This document shows, piece by piece, positions 28,870-32,000 of a stretch of 32,000 bases of DNA. Within the stretch, counting starts at the first letter, position 1, and the number at the start of each line of letters is the position of its first letter. This DNA comes from an uncultured Halanaerobiaceae bacterium (GTDB lineage Bacteria > Bacillota > Halanaerobiia > Halanaerobiales > Halarsenatibacteraceae): NCBI GenBank assembly GCA_964558325.1, contig CAZLCX010000010.1:1-32000 (forward strand), written 5' to 3'. The notes beneath the pieces were generated by a model. It made no database searches and had not been told where the DNA came from. It saw only the letters and a list, made by a program, of their open reading frames with translations. The translations under genes and the position numbers were made by a program.

Positions 28870-29535
28870 TTATTTGCTTGGATTTAACGGCGATTTATTA
28901 TTTTTATACTTTAAAACTAATTCCTTTGTATTTTCCAGATATTTCAGGTCAGCCAGGTTTACTGCAGAAATATCTAAGCTACCTGGACATTGAAAGCAAT
29001 TTAAATGAATTTCATCTTTAGATAAATCGATACCAATATCTCTTGAGCCACATTCACAATTTAAATTACCATTTGCTGCAAGCTCATGTAAAAGATCAAG
29101 GGCTGAGAGCATAATTTCAGGATCCTTAAAATCATCAAATCCTAAACCGGCAGCCAGAAGTTCAAGTTCTTTTTGCTGACGATCAATCTTAGTCTGCAAA
29201 ATATAATATGGCCCAAAATAGCCTAAATTCAAACCAGTCCTGGGACAGTTTAAGCTTCTTACAGTACTTTTTGTCCAGAATTTTTTATGATTATATCTTA
29301 AATCATGCCTTTTGCCACAAACAAGACAGTAAGGCCTGAGGTTAATATCATCTTTCTCTCTGAACAAACTCAGCTTTTGGTGCCCACATTCACATTTCAA
29401 TGGCAGAATTTTATGACCAGAAAGATGAAATATATTAATTTGATGAATATCCAGCAATCCACATTTTGAGCAGCGAATTGCCAGGGCTATATTTTTATCA
29501 ATCAGCATATTGTCTTCCCTGATTAAACGATTCAA
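28870..29535 (-). CDS. Hypothetical Cys-rich (multi zinc-ribbon-like) protein
   Basis: CSKC...CEC, CLVC...C and CEC...CFQC clusters. TTG start at 29535 (GGGGGTG upstream) or ATG at 29508. The stop is 16 nt before fba. Confidence 0.65.
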   Translation of the reverse strand: MNRLIREDNMLIDKNIALAIRCSKCGLLDIHQINIFHLSGHKILPLKCECGHQKLSLFREKDDINLRPYCLVCGKRHDLRYNHKKFWTKSTVRSLNCPRTGLNLGYFGPYYILQTKIDRQQKELELLAAGLGFDDFKDPEIMLSALDLLHELAANGNLNCECGSRDIGIDLSKDEIHLNCFQCPGSLDISAVNLADLKYLENTKELVLKYKNNKSPLNPSK

Positions 29536-29640
29536 TCAGGATTACACCCCCTATATCCTATACTATTCTGTATTTAAATTGAAAATCCTCTTTATAAATC
29601 AAAGATTACAGGATATAGAAGTCAAGTTAAATATTAAAAA

Positions 29641-30024
29641 TTACTTTCTGGAAATAGCAACTGCTGAAATTTCAACATCTACATCTTTTGGCAGTCTGGC
29701 TACTTCAACAAAAGCCCGGGCCGGCGGTTCTGTTTTAAAGTATTCACTATAAACATCATTAATTTCCCCAAAATCATCCATATCTGAGGCATAGATATTA
29801 ACTTTCACTGTATCTTCAAGACTGCTTCCTGATTCCTCCAGAATAGCCTTTAAATTTTCTAATGACTGCCTGGTCTGTTCACTGACATCACCGGTTAATA
29901 AGTTGCCATCTGGGGTCAAGGGAATCTGACCGGAGATATAAACTAAATCCCCTGCCTTAACTGCCTGGGAATATGCTCCAATTGCTGCCGGGGCTCCATT
30001 TGTACTAATAACTTCTCTTTTCAT
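29641..30024 (-). CDS. ridA: RidA (YjgF/UK114) family reactive-intermediate deaminase
   Basis: STNGAPAAIGAYSQA...GQIPL and C-terminal ARAFVEVARLPKDVDVEI. The ATG at 30024 has better SD spacing than the one at 30033. Confidence 0.92.
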   Translation of the reverse strand: MKREVISTNGAPAAIGAYSQAVKAGDLVYISGQIPLTPDGNLLTGDVSEQTRQSLENLKAILEESGSSLEDTVKVNIYASDMDDFGEINDVYSEYFKTEPPARAFVEVARLPKDVDVEISAVAISRK

Positions 30025-30052
30025 AAATATCATACCTTCCCTTTATATAATT

Positions 30053-30838
30053 TTATTTGCCTAAAAACTCTGGCTTTTCTTTGTTCTTAAAAGCTTCCAT
30101 TCCAATTATTTGATCTTCTGTTCCAAAACAGAGGGAAAATGCATTAATCTCAAAAGAAATACCCCTTTCAACTCCAGCATCAATGCCATAATTAATAGAT
30201 TCCTTGGCCATCTTAACTGCAACTGGAGCCTGTTTAACAAGCTTTTGAGCAAGCTTTTCAGCCTCTTTCAATGAACTTCCATCTGGAACCAATTGATTAA
30301 TCAAACCAATTTCTTCTGCTTCTTCAGCTTCAATTCTATCTCCAGTATATAATAAATATTTGGCCTTTCTTTCCCCTACCAGTCTGGCCAGTCGCTGGGT
30401 ACCTCCAAAACCAGGTATAATCCCTAAGCCAGTTTCAGGCTGGCCAAAAACAGCTTTTTCTTCAGCTATAGCCAGATCACAGGCCATCATCAATTCATTG
30501 CCTCCACCAAGTGCAAAACCATTAACAGCCGCAATCACCGGAGCAGGGAATTCTTCTATCTGCTGCATCAGCTGCTGGCCTTCCTGAGAAAATTCTCTTG
30601 CTTCAGCCATAGAAAGCTCTTTCATTTCAGAAATATCTGCACCTGCTATAAAAGCTTTATCACCGCTCCCTGTAATGATCAAAGCTCTAAGTCCATCTTT
30701 TTCTAAATCCAGGAGTAAACTTTTAAGCTCAGCTATAACTTCTAAATTCAGTGAATTATGCTGTTTAGCTCGGTCAATATAAATAATCCCATAGCCATCT
30801 TTCATAACAAACTTAATATTTTTAAGATTATCTACCAT
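30053..30838 (-). CDS. crt: Short-chain enoyl-CoA hydratase (crotonase)
   Basis: 261 aa with AFIAGADISEM, VNGFALGGGNEL and GQPETGLGIIPGFGGTQRL. It matches my recollection of clostridial Crt closely. Confidence 0.9.
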   Translation of the reverse strand: MVDNLKNIKFVMKDGYGIIYIDRAKQHNSLNLEVIAELKSLLLDLEKDGLRALIITGSGDKAFIAGADISEMKELSMAEAREFSQEGQQLMQQIEEFPAPVIAAVNGFALGGGNELMMACDLAIAEEKAVFGQPETGLGIIPGFGGTQRLARLVGERKAKYLLYTGDRIEAEEAEEIGLINQLVPDGSSLKEAEKLAQKLVKQAPVAVKMAKESINYGIDAGVERGISFEINAFSLCFGTEDQIIGMEAFKNKEKPEFLGK

Positions 30839-30873
30839 TGCTGCTCCCCCTTAACTTTTTAAAGATTTAGCAA

Positions 30874-31635
30874 TCATTTTCGAGACCAGTTTCTCACCTG
30901 TCGATAAAATTCATCTCTACTTCCCTGCCAGTCTGGTTCATACCCCTGGTCCGATTCCTTTAGGTTATCTTTTATTAAAATTTTATCAATACCTAATTCC
31001 CCGGCAATCATATCTTCTTTTTCATCATTACCAACCATCAGCGAATTTTCTGAGCTTATCTCCATTTTATCAAGTATTTCCTGATAATAATATAAATTAG
31101 GTTTGCAATAATGCATATTGCCATAAGATGTTATAAAATCAAAATGATCAGGAGATAATCCTATCCATTTCAATCTGGATTCAACTGCCTCTATTGGAAA
31201 AACTGGATTAGTAGCAAGAATAAGACTTTTATTATTAGCCTTTAAGATTTCAATTGCTTTTACTGTTTTGGGGTCTTTATTAATATTATCCCCTAAAAAG
31301 GGAAACTTCTGGCTGTAAAATTCATCAAAGGATTCCAATGTTTCCTCATGATTAAGCTCAGGTAGCATTCTAAAGAATTCTTTTATAAATACCTCTTTAT
31401 TTGTTAATTCGCCATCGTTTTTGATCATTGAACCAGTTGCCTTCAAAAGAGAATCAATAAATTTCTTCTTATCGACCTGATTTGAAAAATGACTCCCAAG
31501 AGCAACAAAATATTTTTCCAGAAAATTATCCATATCCATCGGCAGTAATGTGCCATCTAAATCAAAAAGAATATTATTATTTCTGTCAAGTAAATCCTCA
31601 ATCTTAAATTGGGTTTGTTTACTAGTCATTGTCAA
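30874..31635 (-). CDS. HAD-superfamily hydrolase
   Basis: Motif I LFDLDGTLL and C-terminal GNDEKEDMIAG. Overlaps the upstream crotonase gene by 14 nt. Confidence 0.8.
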   Translation of the reverse strand: MTMTSKQTQFKIEDLLDRNNNILFDLDGTLLPMDMDNFLEKYFVALGSHFSNQVDKKKFIDSLLKATGSMIKNDGELTNKEVFIKEFFRMLPELNHEETLESFDEFYSQKFPFLGDNINKDPKTVKAIEILKANNKSLILATNPVFPIEAVESRLKWIGLSPDHFDFITSYGNMHYCKPNLYYYQEILDKMEISSENSLMVGNDEKEDMIAGELGIDKILIKDNLKESDQGYEPDWQGSRDEFYRQVRNWSRK

Positions 31636-31999
31636 TTACATCTCGCAGTTTTTCAATCCTTTTTGAATGTTCATCTAAATCAAAACAGGCTGCAAAGGCT
31701 TCTGTCTCATAACTACTACCGGCTGAACGGCCTTCCCAGATTCCATTATTTATAGCCTGTTTTACCAGACCAACAGCCTGAATAGATTGATCTGCAATAT
31801 TATTGGCCAATTTACGACTGGACCTTAAAAGATCTCTGGGAGTGACTAACCGATTAACAAGACCTATTTCATAGGCTGTATTAGCATCAACGATATTACC
31901 TGTAAATAACATCTCTTTAGCCCGGCCCATCCCAATCATTCTCGGTAATCTCTGAGTACCATCAAACCCGGGTACCAGACCAAGTTTTACCTCTGGCTG
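31622..31999 (-). CDS. Enoyl-CoA hydratase/isomerase family protein, 5' end outside the window
   Basis: The frame is open to the window edge (QPEVKLGLVPGFDGTQRLPRMIGMGRAKE...). It is a diverged paralog of the 30053..30838 product. Confidence 0.85.
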   Translation of the reverse strand, partial: QPEVKLGLVPGFDGTQRLPRMIGMGRAKEMLFTGNIVDANTAYEIGLVNRLVTPRDLLRSSRKLANNIADQSIQAVGLVKQAINNGIWEGRSAGSSYETEAFAACFDLDEHSKRIEKLRDVIDND

Positions 32000-32000
32000 G

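Overview
This AT-rich, Firmicutes-type chromosomal window is almost entirely housekeeping. From nt 3330 to the right edge, every gene is on the minus strand. The backbone follows the gene order known from Bacillus and Clostridium: fba, rho, rpmE, tdk, prfA, prmC, ywlC/tsaC, rpiB, upp, then the atp operon.

Main contents:
- A complete F1Fo ATP synthase operon (atpZ-I-B-E-F-H-A-G-D-C). Its c subunit carries the full Na+-binding signature.
- A 7.4 kb lactate-utilisation cluster between rho and rpmE: GntR/FadR regulator, lactate permease, EtfB, EtfA, FAD-dependent GlcD-like lactate dehydrogenase, and Ni-dependent lactate racemase LarA. It resembles the electron-confurcating lct system of Acetobacterium woodii.
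- Left end: a truncated membrane HD-GYP protein translationally coupled to an unknown 203-aa protein, a CPBP-family membrane protein, a split permease preceded by two CsoR-type palindromes, and a DUF1028 protein.
- Right end: a CaCA exchanger, class II aldolase, an unknown Cys-rich protein, RidA, two crotonase paralogs and a HAD hydrolase.

I saw no rRNA, tRNA, CRISPR array, transposase or integrase. Many proteins have acidic tails, which fits a halophilic anaerobe of the Halanaerobium type, but that is inference only.

No clearly novel multi-gene system is evident. The best leads are the orphan CsoR-type operators plus split permease, the Na+-type c subunit, the Cys-rich protein upstream of fba, and the HD-GYP-coupled unknown protein. 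All family assignments come from motif recognition by eye. No searches or numeric composition analyses were run.
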